A stretch of DNA of 64,000 nucleotides from Diplonema japonicum (taxonomy: Eukaryota; Protista; Euglenozoa: Diplonemea): assembly GCA_964019335.1 (NCBI GenBank), contig OZ025713.1, positions 310,001 through 374,000 of the forward strand, written 5' to 3'. The notes under the pieces are model-generated. The model made no database searches and had not been told where the DNA came from. It worked only from the letters and a program-made list of their open reading frames with translations. Shown one piece after another: positions 10,354 to 20,116 of the stretch (positions are counted from its first letter, which is position 1; each line of letters begins with the position of its first letter). The translations under genes and the position numbers were made by a program.

Positions 10354-10674
10354 TTTTTTTTTTTTTTTTTTTTTTTGTTGTTGCCGTCACAACGTGCCCC
10401 CCTCCTCCCCCCCCTCCCCTCCCACCTTTCTTTTTTTTTTTTTTTTTTTTTGCTTTATAAAAAAAAGAAAAACGAGCTGAAAAATTTAAATTTATAGAAA
10501 AGACTTTTTTTTGCTAGGGCGAGAGAGGGAGAAAAAGTGTAAAAAAAGGGGTGAGGGAGTGTAGAAAGAAAGAAGAACAAATCCACAAGGATAGGAACGA
10601 AGCGGTTCACCGCGGTGGCGTCCTACCTTATGATGCTCCATAACAAAGGGCTAGGGGGAGGGGGAGGGGAAGAA

Positions 10675-11439
10675 TTAAATGCGCCCGAACCGTCTCAAGG
10701 TTTTCAAGACAGGACTGAGGTCAAGGGCCTCCATCTGGTTGCAGCTCGACATGAAATGCTCACCGAAAAAGGTGACACCGGACAACGGCTTTAAATCGGG
10801 GTAGAACGAGGTGCAAAAGGAGAGGAAGAAGTCCCCCACAAAGGTGACAGAGACAAAGGGTGAAAAATCAAGGCTGATCAGGGAAAAGCAACCCGAGAGG
10901 AAGTAGTGGTTAATAGTCGACACCCCCTCCAGCGCCGAGAGGTCCAAGTGCGTCAAACTACGACATCCAGTCAGAAACTTATCCCCGATTTTCCGAACAG
11001 GACGGCCGCACACCACCCTTAATCTTTTCACCGAGGGAGGCAGATAGACACATAAAGGGCAGTTGGAATCGTGTAATTTAAGTATCCCGTCACATGTGAC
11101 ACAATCTGTCACATCCAGGAGCAGTACCATATTCGGGTTTGTTTCAAATGTCGCCTCAACAGTATCTCTTACTCCGTCAGCTTTGAGGGTTGCCAGCTTC
11201 ACGGGGTACTCCGAGTTGCGTTTCACCTGTACTGCGTCACCGTCTGTGCACCCTCTCTGAGCCATCTTTTCGTCACACGGCAAGACAATCTCTCCCTCCC
11301 ATTCTAGATCAAAGAGGCCTTGCTTGATCTGAAGCTCGCGGGCGACCTCTGCGTACATTTCTTCCGTCGTAAAGCCGTGGTCCACCTCAACCCAGCAGGA
11401 CCCGAGCTGCCCTCCCTCAACCAGTAGTGAGATCGACAT
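10675..11439 (-). CDS. UBL-domain + LRR protein (254 aa)
   Basis: MSISLLVEGG...FDLEWEGEIV...GCTDGDAVQV (UBL-like), followed by BspA-like LRRs (IGDKFLTGCRSLTHLDLSAL). Confidence 0.85.
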   Translation of the reverse strand: MSISLLVEGGQLGSCWVEVDHGFTTEEMYAEVARELQIKQGLFDLEWEGEIVLPCDEKMAQRGCTDGDAVQVKRNSEYPVKLATLKADGVRDTVEATFETNPNMVLLLDVTDCVTCDGILKLHDSNCPLCVYLPPSVKRLRVVCGRPVRKIGDKFLTGCRSLTHLDLSALEGVSTINHYFLSGCFSLISLDFSPFVSVTFVGDFFLSFCTSFYPDLKPLSGVTFFGEHFMSSCNQMEALDLSPVLKTLRRFGRI

Positions 11440-11640
11440 CAGTGTATTTTCTTCTTTTTTTTTTTGAACCTGATGGGGGGGTTTGACACTCTGAAGGCTC
11501 ACAAGGAAAAGGGCAGATTGAGCCCATGGCAAGTGTCATGAGAAGAGAAGTAAGCATGTCCTCCAGAAGGTGAGCCATGAGAACAACATACAAAAAGCAC
11601 GGGTTTACAAATGTCCCCCCCCCCCCCCCCCCCCCCCAGG

Positions 11641-11735
11641 GCTATGTTGGCAAGGAAACGCGCTTCCAAGATTTTTTTAAAAATAAGGGAAACGGAAGCG
11701 TTTTTATTTTAGGGCCGTTTCCTCAAGAAGGGAAC
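11641..11735. repeat. Partial copy of a small GGAAAC-rich MITE
   Basis: GCTATGTTGGCAAGGAAACGCG resembles the reverse complement of the right end of 13377-13525. Confidence 0.45.
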
Positions 11736-11932
11736 ACATTTTGTAATGTAAATTTATAGAAAATGACTTTTTTATTTACTAGGCAAGGGGGAAAAAGGGG
11801 GAGGGGGGGGTGTAAAAAAAGGAAGAAGAAAAAACATAAGACTGGCGGGCGCACCTCGGCCGAGCTGCAGCTTCTTCTGCATTTCCACTGGCGTGTCCTC
11901 AATGCAGCTTTTTTTTTTTCCCCCCAATTTTT

Positions 11933-12691
11933 TTAGTAAGAGGGCAAGGCTTTCAGGACAGGACTGAGGTCAAGGGCCTCCACCTGGTCGCAGCCCGACA
12001 TGAAGTTGTCACCGAAAAAGGTGACCCTGGACAACGGCTTTAAATCGGGGTAGAACGAGGTGCAAAAAGAGAGGAAGTACCTCCCCACGAAGGTAACAGA
12101 GGCAAAGGGTGAAAGATCAAGGCAGTGCAGGGAAAAGCAACCCGAGAGGAAATAGGGGCGAATGAAACACACCCCCTCCAGCGCCGAGAGGTCCAAGTGC
12201 GTCAAACTACGACATCCAGTCAGAAACTTCTCCCCGATTGCCCCAATAGGACGGCCGCACACCACCCTTAATCTTTTCACCGAGGGAGGCAAATAGACAC
12301 ATAAAGGGCAGTAGGAATCGTGCAACTCAAGTATCCCGTCACATGTGACACAATCTGTCACATCCAGGAGCAGTACCATATTCGGGTTTGTTTCAAATGT
12401 CGCTTCAACAGCATCGCTTACCTCGTCGCCAGCTTTGAGGGTTGCCAGCTTCACGGGGTACTCCGAGTTGCGTTTCACCTGCACTGCGTCACCGTCTGTG
12501 CACCCTCTCTGAGCCATCTTTTCGTCACACGGCAAGACAATCTCTCCCTCCCATTCTAGATCAAAGAGGCTTTGCTTGATCTGAAGCTCGCGGGCGACCT
12601 CTGCGTACATTTCTTCCGTCGTAAAGCCGTGGTCCACCTCAACCCAGCAGGACCCGAGCTGCCCTCCCTCAACCAATAGTGAGATCGACAT
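11933..12691 (-). CDS. UBL-domain + LRR protein, tandem paralogue (252 aa)
   Basis: Colinear and highly similar to 10675-11439; shares upstream CCCCATCAG|GTTCAAAA. Confidence 0.85.
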   Translation of the reverse strand: MSISLLVEGGQLGSCWVEVDHGFTTEEMYAEVARELQIKQSLFDLEWEGEIVLPCDEKMAQRGCTDGDAVQVKRNSEYPVKLATLKAGDEVSDAVEATFETNPNMVLLLDVTDCVTCDGILELHDSYCPLCVYLPPSVKRLRVVCGRPIGAIGEKFLTGCRSLTHLDLSALEGVCFIRPYFLSGCFSLHCLDLSPFASVTFVGRYFLSFCTSFYPDLKPLSRVTFFGDNFMSGCDQVEALDLSPVLKALPSY

Positions 12692-13376
12692 CAGTGTATT
12701 TTTTGGTATTTTCCTTTTTTTTTTTTTTTGAACCTGATGGGGGCTAGGGGGGAAAGAAAAAGAGAGGGAAAAAAAAAAAAAAAAAGGGAAAGAACGAAAG
12801 AAAATGGCGCTAAAAACACGCACGTTGGGCGGAAAAAAAAAAAAGAAAAAGAAAAACAACAAGAGTCTCCCCGTGATTCATAAATTCACTTTGGTTCGCT
12901 TCAGATGACTAATTGGATGTTGTTTCAGAAAAACTCAAAGTAAAAGACAAGCCCACTTGAGGACAGTGAGGACTGCCCCTCGTGGTGTGAAAAAGAACAA
13001 AACAACTAGAGCTCCCCGTGTTTCATAAATTCACACTGGTGCCATACACCCCCCTATGTACCCAATTCGAAAGCACGGTCAAAGAAGCGTTGGAAAAAAA
13101 AAAAGAAAAACTGGGCTAAACACCACACCACACTGTTGGTGCGATTCTAAGGTAGACGTTTCAAAAAGAAGAAGAAGAAAAAAAAAAAAACAAGAAAAAC
13201 AACCCTCTTCACATATTGGTCATAGACTGCAGCGGCTATCTGGTGCACGGCAATGGTTGCCTTGTCGCGAGGGAGTTATCTGGGCGATAACATGGCACAC
13301 GGAGTCGTTGCGGGCCGAGGAAGAAACGGTGGTTCTCTTGAAGTATAGGAAGGGGGGGGGGGGGGGGGGGGCCGAG

Positions 13377-13525
13377 GCTATGCATTCTGAAAAAAAGGGA
13401 AACGGAAACGGATACGGAAACGTTTCCTTATGTTTCCTTAAGAAGGAAACGCGTTTCCATAAGAATTTTGAAAAGTATGTAAACGGAACGGGAACGGAAA
13501 CAGAAATGTTTCCTGCCAGCATAGC
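13377..13525. mobile_element. Small MITE-like element with GCTATGC/GCATAGC ends and internal GGAAAC(G) repeats
   Basis: 7-bp terminal inverted repeat; GGAAACG in both orientations; related copy at 11641; no clear TSD. Confidence 0.5.
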
Positions 13526-13590
13526 GGGACAAACACTTAAAAACTAAAAAAAAAAAAAGAATAGAGTGGTTTGCTTCTTCTTTTTTTTTT

Positions 13591-16518
13591 TCATAGAGAG
13601 ACGAGCCCGTTCAACATCTCAACAGCTTCTACCAAGGAAGGGTGGTGCTCCTCCAGGATGGGCATGGGGGTGGGAGCGACGTGCCCCCCCTCCCCCATGA
13701 GGGTCCTCACGAGCGGGGCAACTACCTCGTGCATGATGACAGCGTCCACAAGCTTGCGCTGCGCATCTGGCATCACCCCGAAACAGAGCTGCTCCTGCGC
13801 TGCTTCCAACGACTCCATCAGGGCTGCAGGACGCGCCCGGCACATCGCGTAGCACCCCTCGCTCTCTTTTAGTACGGACTCGAAGGCCGACCCGACCGAC
13901 GCCTGCACTGCTGCTTTGACAGGCCCCTGCCCCAGCGCCCACCCCAAGGTGTTCCATGCCAGCGCTGCATGCTGAGCTTCCTCCTCCACCACCACCCTAA
14001 GAACCTCGCCGATCTCCGTCTGCACCGCCTCGCTGTCCTCAACCACCATCGCCTCCATGCAGCGCAGTTTCACCGCAGCCCCAATCGCTGCCAGCGTCTC
14101 CCCCACAGCACCCTCCAGCGCGGTGCTTGTCGCCATGACCGCCACGTCGTTCCCCACCTGCAGCTCGTGCGCCGGTAGTTTTCCCGGACCGCTGCTCTCC
14201 CCGTCCAGGAGCTCAGCCACATGGAAACACATCTTTGCATGCCCGATCTCCTGCAACGCCGCCTCGTGTGCCCCCCAGATGAGCTGCGACGGTGCCCCGA
14301 CCCCCATCAGCTCCAACGAGAACTTCGAGAACGACGCCACAGATGCGTGCTCCGCCAACGCGTCTGCCCGCCACGCCGCCGCAGCTTCCCGCCTCGAAGC
14401 GAACAGCGAGGTGTTGCTTCCCGCACTTCTCTCGCTGTTGCTGGTGCTGAGGGCCGGGAGTTCTTCTGAAGGCCGCGATGTCCAGTCCCCTGCTTCCCTT
14501 CCGACGCCCGTTGCCATCGTTGCCACCAGTGTATCGCCTCCCGCGGGTGTGTAAGGACGACCGCTGTGTCTACTGCCTAGAAATTCGCTACGTTGATCCC
14601 TCAACCGTTGGATGGCTGCTCTGGATTCCTCCTTTAGGTCAGCATCCGTCTTGAGGCTTGACCCCACCATAGCGATCGCATCCCCTGACCTTCGCACTGC
14701 CACCATCGCTACTTCTTTGTCGTTCTTCAACTCCTTGCTCAGGTCGCGCAGTATCTTCCCGTCAAACGCCGCAGCTTTCAGCACAATCTCCTTGTCGTTC
14801 ATGAGCCTCTCAGAGATGTGCTTCCACCCACCAGTCTTGCTCGCCACCAGCGCCACATCCCTGTCATCACCGAAGAACGACTTTAGGAGCCATAGTGCTT
14901 TCCCGTTTTGTCGTACAGCTGCCAGAGCCACGCACTTTTCTTTCTTCAGGGCAGTCGGAAGATGCTTCACGCGGTGTCCATCGTGGCTCACCCATGCTGC
15001 TGCCACGTCCTTGTCCTTCTGTGCGCGCTTCGAGATGAAGTCATAGGCACCGTCGTTTTCCTTCACAGCCGCCACAGCCACCTCCCTGTCGTCCTTCGCA
15101 GCCCCTTTGACGAACCAGATGGCCCTCCAGTTTTGCTTCACTGCCTTCAGTGCGATCCCCACATCGCTTTTGAGGGATTTAGGGAGAGCTGTCTGTTCCA
15201 CAACCTCTGCATCTGTCTTTTGCTTTTTCGCAGCGTGCTCGTCCTCCGTCAGCGGTTCGCGCTCTCTTTTTTCACCCACTGCTTGCGCAGCTGCCTCCTG
15301 TTCTTTCTTCTTGTCTTCCCTCTGCTTCTCATCATAGTTCTCAAGGAGCTCCACTAGGCCCACCTTGTTTGTCTTAGGCGGGACAGTGATGGTGCGCTTT
15401 TTGCACAGCTCTCGAAGGACCCCCACCTTCATCTCGTTGTAGTTAGCTTCCTCGCTGCTATCGCTGTCGTCGTCGCCCGCTTCCAGCGCCGCAATGATGT
15501 TCTTCTTCAAAGGCTTTTTCGGCAGCTCCACACCGCGTGCCTCACACAGCTTCTTCAGATCCACCACAGTCATCGCATTGAAGTCCTCTTCTTCCCCTTC
15601 TGAGGACTCGTTCTCCACGTCTCCGTCCTCGTCCTCCCCTTCTTCATCAAAAGCGTAACGTAAGGCCATCCCATTCTGCTCCACAGCCACACTCACGACA
15701 TCAATGTCCTTCCTCAAAGCTTCCGATGCATGTTTCAAGCTCAACCCATCGTGCTTCACAGCAGTCATCACAAACTCTCTGTCGCCTCGCAGACGCTCAG
15801 AGACATGCTGCATGCAGCATCGGTGTTGATCCATGTTATCTTTTGACATGGATTTGCTTGATCTTGAGCCCACCGCGCCAAAGCACTTGATTTGCAGCAG
15901 GGCAATCTCTGTGTCGTCGGCCACAGCAGGGTCGGGAAACATGACGGAGGTAGCGGCTTTTTGCAGCAGCTTTATCCTTGGGTCCTCCTGAACCCGCAGC
16001 GAAATCCAAGACAAGGTTCTGCGAGACTTGATGAGGAGGGTCGCGAATTCGATACTGTCACGAAGGTCGTCGGTCGCAAATTGAAGAACGTTTCCGTTGC
16101 CCCTAGACGCAGCAAGCAGCATGAAGTCCTTGTCCCCCCTCAAGGAGGGATGGGCGTGACGAAAGAGGTTTACATCTCTGTCTACGACTAGAAGTGCGAT
16201 CTCAGGATCGCGGAGCAACACCTCTGGTGAATTGGGCCCGTAGCTGATCTTCGATTCCATAAACTTCGCCTTCAGCTTTGTGTTTGAGTAAACGGCTTCG
16301 ATATCCTCCCCGGTGCGGATACCTGTCAGCCCAGAGAAGCTGCTGTCTTCCTTCCCATTCTCGTTCACCACAATCTCACCCTCATGCTTAAGGTCCGTGC
16401 ACCCCTCGATGTACCCGAGCACTTTTTCAACCTCCTTTTTCACCTGCGCAAGTGTGTCGTGTTCCTTCAGCGCTATAGGGTGTCGCTGTCCAGCTGCATC
16501 CCTGACAAAGATTTCCAT
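13591..16518 (-). CDS. UBL + DUF4116 repeats + two SAP/HeH-like motifs + C-terminal ferritin-like diiron domain (975 aa)
   Basis: MEIFVRDAAG... (UBL). DxEFVxxAVxxxGxxLxxAS repeats (DUF4116). MTVVDLKKLCEARG and MKVGVLRELCKKR (SAP-like). GRP...EHASVASF...QEIGHA...EGAVGET...EEEAQHAALAW (ferritin-like). Confidence 0.85.
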   Translation of the reverse strand: MEIFVRDAAGQRHPIALKEHDTLAQVKKEVEKVLGYIEGCTDLKHEGEIVVNENGKEDSSFSGLTGIRTGEDIEAVYSNTKLKAKFMESKISYGPNSPEVLLRDPEIALLVVDRDVNLFRHAHPSLRGDKDFMLLAASRGNGNVLQFATDDLRDSIEFATLLIKSRRTLSWISLRVQEDPRIKLLQKAATSVMFPDPAVADDTEIALLQIKCFGAVGSRSSKSMSKDNMDQHRCCMQHVSERLRGDREFVMTAVKHDGLSLKHASEALRKDIDVVSVAVEQNGMALRYAFDEEGEDEDGDVENESSEGEEEDFNAMTVVDLKKLCEARGVELPKKPLKKNIIAALEAGDDDSDSSEEANYNEMKVGVLRELCKKRTITVPPKTNKVGLVELLENYDEKQREDKKKEQEAAAQAVGEKREREPLTEDEHAAKKQKTDAEVVEQTALPKSLKSDVGIALKAVKQNWRAIWFVKGAAKDDREVAVAAVKENDGAYDFISKRAQKDKDVAAAWVSHDGHRVKHLPTALKKEKCVALAAVRQNGKALWLLKSFFGDDRDVALVASKTGGWKHISERLMNDKEIVLKAAAFDGKILRDLSKELKNDKEVAMVAVRRSGDAIAMVGSSLKTDADLKEESRAAIQRLRDQRSEFLGSRHSGRPYTPAGGDTLVATMATGVGREAGDWTSRPSEELPALSTSNSERSAGSNTSLFASRREAAAAWRADALAEHASVASFSKFSLELMGVGAPSQLIWGAHEAALQEIGHAKMCFHVAELLDGESSGPGKLPAHELQVGNDVAVMATSTALEGAVGETLAAIGAAVKLRCMEAMVVEDSEAVQTEIGEVLRVVVEEEAQHAALAWNTLGWALGQGPVKAAVQASVGSAFESVLKESEGCYAMCRARPAALMESLEAAQEQLCFGVMPDAQRKLVDAVIMHEVVAPLVRTLMGEGGHVAPTPMPILEEHHPSLVEAVEMLNGLVSL

Positions 16519-16575
16519 GGTACCTGCTTTGTGGGGCTTTATCTTCGAAAATAGGCAAATGCAAAAAAAGAACTA

Positions 16576-16695
16576 CTGTAAAACGAATAATGTCGGACGG
16601 AAAAACTCCCGGACACCAAAGAAAACCCGGACATTTTTCCGTCCGGGAGCTTTTCTGGGGAAGAAGTTTTTTTACATATGGGGGGTAGCAGCTCC
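16576..16695 (+). mobile_element. Isolated left end of a TA-targeting pogo-like DNA transposon
   Basis: TA|CTGTAAAACGAATAATGTCGGACGGAAAAACTC... nearly identical to 31511 onward. Confidence 0.65.
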
Positions 16696-17324
16696 TGCTT
16701 TATCTTCGAAAAGAGGCAAACGCAAAAAAAAAAAAGAACTATTTTTTTTCACCCTTAAAGGCGTAATTGTTCACTGACCAAAGTCTCGTATCGGCTTTCA
16801 TTCTAAAAAAAAAAAAAAAAAAAAAGAAAAATGGAATGGAAATATTTTGAAAGTCTGCGTTAAATGCTCTATCTGTTTTCCTTCTGAAACTTCATCCCAC
16901 GAAAGGAGTAAAAGACGCTGTTTGTACGTGTCGGGTAAAACCTGGACAAACATGTCCTCTGCCCTTTAGCACCACACCTCACCGTGCGAGGTGTGGTGCT
17001 AAACCTCAAAGACGCAGTCCGCGAGATGGGTGCACGGGTACTACCCGAGGGGTACTCGAGGTCCGCGTATTTGACTAGATCATCCCAGTCTTGTGCCATC
17101 ATATTTTTGTTTGTGCGTACCGGGTTGCCAACGTTCCCCTTTTGTTAGACAAGTAAAAGACTCGTTCTTGCAAAAAAATATGGGTATTTTTCCCGATCTC
17201 TTCCCTTTGAGTTTCTTTTTTAAAGTAACTAGGCCTTATCAAATCAAGAATGGGCTAAACACCACAATTGTGGTGTGATGCTAAGGTAGACGTTTCAAAA
17301 AAAAAAAAAAAGAAAAACATAGTC

Positions 17325-18312
17325 CAGGGTTAACCGATCACCTTCGGGTTTTGAAACTCGACCCGAGCAATTTTAGATTTTCGATCACAGTCGGGTTAAT
17401 GATGGGTTTGATCGATTTTTTTTTTAATTTCGGATCGGTTTGATCGATCCAAAACCCATATTTCTGACAAAGAGATACCAAGACCGTGCTCAAATCTTTT
17501 TTTCTCAAAAGCCCTATTTTGACGATCTGAGCCCATTCCAGCCATCAAAACCCAAAATAGAACCTTATTTAAGGCCTTAAATGCAGTTTTGAGAAAATTG
17601 GTTTTCGGACCGGGTCAGGGTCCAAGTTAAAAACAACAGAAATGTCCGACGCTTGTTTCTCCTCTTCCTCCAAGGGATCCTCTGAAGAATCAGTGACTTC
17701 TTCAGAAGTGCAATACACGACTCAGCTCTTAGAGAAGAGGCAGCTGTTGTTCCTGTACCTGAACCAGGACATCAGCGGTGCTCCGTCTTCGTCTGAAACC
17801 GCCGGGTTGCAAGCAGGGGAGGTAAGATTGGGCGTTCTACTTCCCGTTCAAGTTTCAATGTTTTTCATTATTTGACTTTCGCGCCTAGTTAAAAACCTGC
17901 CAAAAACAGGGACAATCTCGATTTTCGGGAAAATAATCCTTTTCTATGTCGTTTCGATGCAGGCTTAGTGTATCTGGGAGGTCCGGGAGACGAATAGAAG
18001 GGTTATAAGTATGGTTGCATGCTCTCCTCCCGTTCTGATTATTGATTTTTTGATTTCGCTCCTATTTAAACAGAAAAAAGAAGAAAAGCCGCCAAAAAAA
18101 AGGGAAAACCCAGCTTTTCGAAAATAATCCTTTTCTAAGCCGTTTTGATGCTCCCTGGGGTCGGCTTCGTGTATCTGGGGCGGCTTTGTGTATCTGGGGG
18201 GCACGGGATACGAATTTAAGGGTTTTAAGCATGGTTGCATGCTCGCCTTTCATTTGACGTCAATTTAAAACCCGATTGTAATTAAAAACCCGCGGGTGAT
18301 CGGTTAACCCTG
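17325..18312. mobile_element. Non-autonomous TIR element (hAT-like ends)
   Basis: Perfect 18-bp TIR CAGGGTTAACCGATCACC / GGTGATCGGTTAACCCTG. Internal ~100-bp direct repeat (~17930 and ~18120). Its flanks match an uninterrupted paralogous site at ~13113-13230. TSD unclear. Confidence 0.8.
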
Positions 18313-18346
18313 AAAACAAAAGCTCCCTTTTTCATAAATTCACATA

Positions 18347-20116
18347 TCAGTCATAGCAGCGGCAGCGCTTCCACCTGCGACCCCGTCTAGATGCCCTCCT
18401 CAGGTCAGCATCCTTCTTGAGGCTTGACCCCACCATAGCGATCGCATCCCCTGACCTTCGCACTGCCACCATCGCTACTTCTTTGTCGTTCTTCAACTCC
18501 TTGCTCAGGTCGCGCAGTATCTTCCCGTCAAACGCCGCAGCTTTCAGCACAATCTCCTTGTCGTTCATGAGCCTCTCAGAGATGTGCTTCCACCCACCTG
18601 TCTTGATCGCCACCAGCGCCACATCCCTGTCATCACCGAAGAACGACTTAAGGTGCCATAGTGCTTTCCCGTTTTGTCGTACAGCTGCCAGAGCCACGCA
18701 CTTTTCTTTCTTCAGGGCAGTCGGAAGATGCTTCACGCGGTGTCCATCGTGGCTCACCCATGCTGCTGCCACGTCCTTGTCCTTCTGTGCGCGCTTCGAG
18801 ATGAAGTCATAGGCACCGTCGTTTTCCTTCACAGCCGCCACAGCCACCTCCCTGTCGTCCTTCGCAGCCCCTTTGACGAACCAGATGGCCCTCCAGTTTT
18901 GCTTCACTGCCTTCAGTGCGATCCCCACATCGCTTTTGAGGGATTTAGGGAGAGCTGTCTGTTCCACAACCTCTGCATCTGTCTTTTGCTTTTTCGCAGC
19001 GTGCTCGTCCTCCGTCAGCGGTTCGCGCTCTCTTTTCTCGCCCACCGCTTGCGCAGCTTTCTTGTCTTCCCTCTGCTTCTCATCATAATTCTCAAGGAGC
19101 TCCACTAGGCCCAACCTGTTTGTCTTAGCCCTAGGAGGGACAGTGATGATGCGCTTTTTGCACAGCTCTCGAAGGACCCCCACATTCATCTTGTTGTAGT
19201 TAGCTTCCTCACTGCTATCGCCATCCCCGTCCTCCCCTTCTTCATCAAAAGCGTAACGTAAGGCCATCCCATTCTGCTCCACAGCCACACTCACGACATC
19301 AATGTCCTTCCTCAAAGCTTCCGATGCATGTTTCAAGCTCAACCCATCGTGCTTCACAGCAGTCATCACAAACTCTCTGTCGCCTCGCAGACGCTCAGAG
19401 ACATGCTGCATGCAGCATCGGTGTTGATCCATGTTATCTTTTGACATGGATTTGCTTGATCTTGAGCCCACCGCGCCAAAGCACTTGATTTGCAGCAGGG
19501 CAATCTCTGTGTCGTCGGCCACAGCAGGGTCGGGAAACATGACGGAGGTAGCGGCTTTTTGCAGCAGCTTTATCCTTGGGTCCTCCTGAACCCGCAGCGA
19601 AATCCAAGACAAGGTTCTGCGAGACTTGATGAGGAGGGTCGCGAATTCGATACTGTCACGAAGGTCGTCGGTCGCAAATTGAAGAACGTTTCCGTTGCCC
19701 CTAGACGCAGCAAGCAGCATGAAGTCCTTGTCCCCCCTCAAGGAGGGATGGGCGTGACGAAAGAGGTTTACATCTCTGTCTACGACTAGAAGTGCGATCT
19801 CAGGATCGCGGAGCAACACCTCTGGTGAATTGGGCCCGTAGCTGATCTTCGATTCCATAAACTTCGCCTTCAGCTTTGTGTTTGAGTAAACGGCTTCGAT
19901 ATCCTCCCCGGTGCGGATACCTGTCAGCCCAGAGAAGCTGCTGTCTTCCTTCCCATTCTCGTTCACCACAATCTCACCCTCATGCTTAAGGTCCGTGCAC
20001 CCCTCGATGTACCCGAGCACTTTTTCAACCTCCTTTTTCACCTGCGCAAGTGTGTCGTGTTCCTTCAGCGCTATAGGGTGTCGCTGTCCAGCTGCATCCC
20101 TGACAAAGATTTCCAT
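18347..20116 (-). CDS. UBL + DUF4116 + one SAP-like motif protein (589 aa); paralogue lacking the ferritin-like domain
   Basis: Near-identical to 16518-14636 apart from one missing SAP/acidic block; different short C-terminus. Confidence 0.85.
   Translation of the reverse strand: MEIFVRDAAGQRHPIALKEHDTLAQVKKEVEKVLGYIEGCTDLKHEGEIVVNENGKEDSSFSGLTGIRTGEDIEAVYSNTKLKAKFMESKISYGPNSPEVLLRDPEIALLVVDRDVNLFRHAHPSLRGDKDFMLLAASRGNGNVLQFATDDLRDSIEFATLLIKSRRTLSWISLRVQEDPRIKLLQKAATSVMFPDPAVADDTEIALLQIKCFGAVGSRSSKSMSKDNMDQHRCCMQHVSERLRGDREFVMTAVKHDGLSLKHASEALRKDIDVVSVAVEQNGMALRYAFDEEGEDGDGDSSEEANYNKMNVGVLRELCKKRIITVPPRAKTNRLGLVELLENYDEKQREDKKAAQAVGEKREREPLTEDEHAAKKQKTDAEVVEQTALPKSLKSDVGIALKAVKQNWRAIWFVKGAAKDDREVAVAAVKENDGAYDFISKRAQKDKDVAAAWVSHDGHRVKHLPTALKKEKCVALAAVRQNGKALWHLKSFFGDDRDVALVAIKTGGWKHISERLMNDKEIVLKAAAFDGKILRDLSKELKNDKEVAMVAVRRSGDAIAMVGSSLKKDADLRRASRRGRRWKRCRCYD

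Noticed and set aside
16869-17102. 77-aa minus-strand ORF
   Set aside because: No recognisable motif; possibly a decayed fragment.
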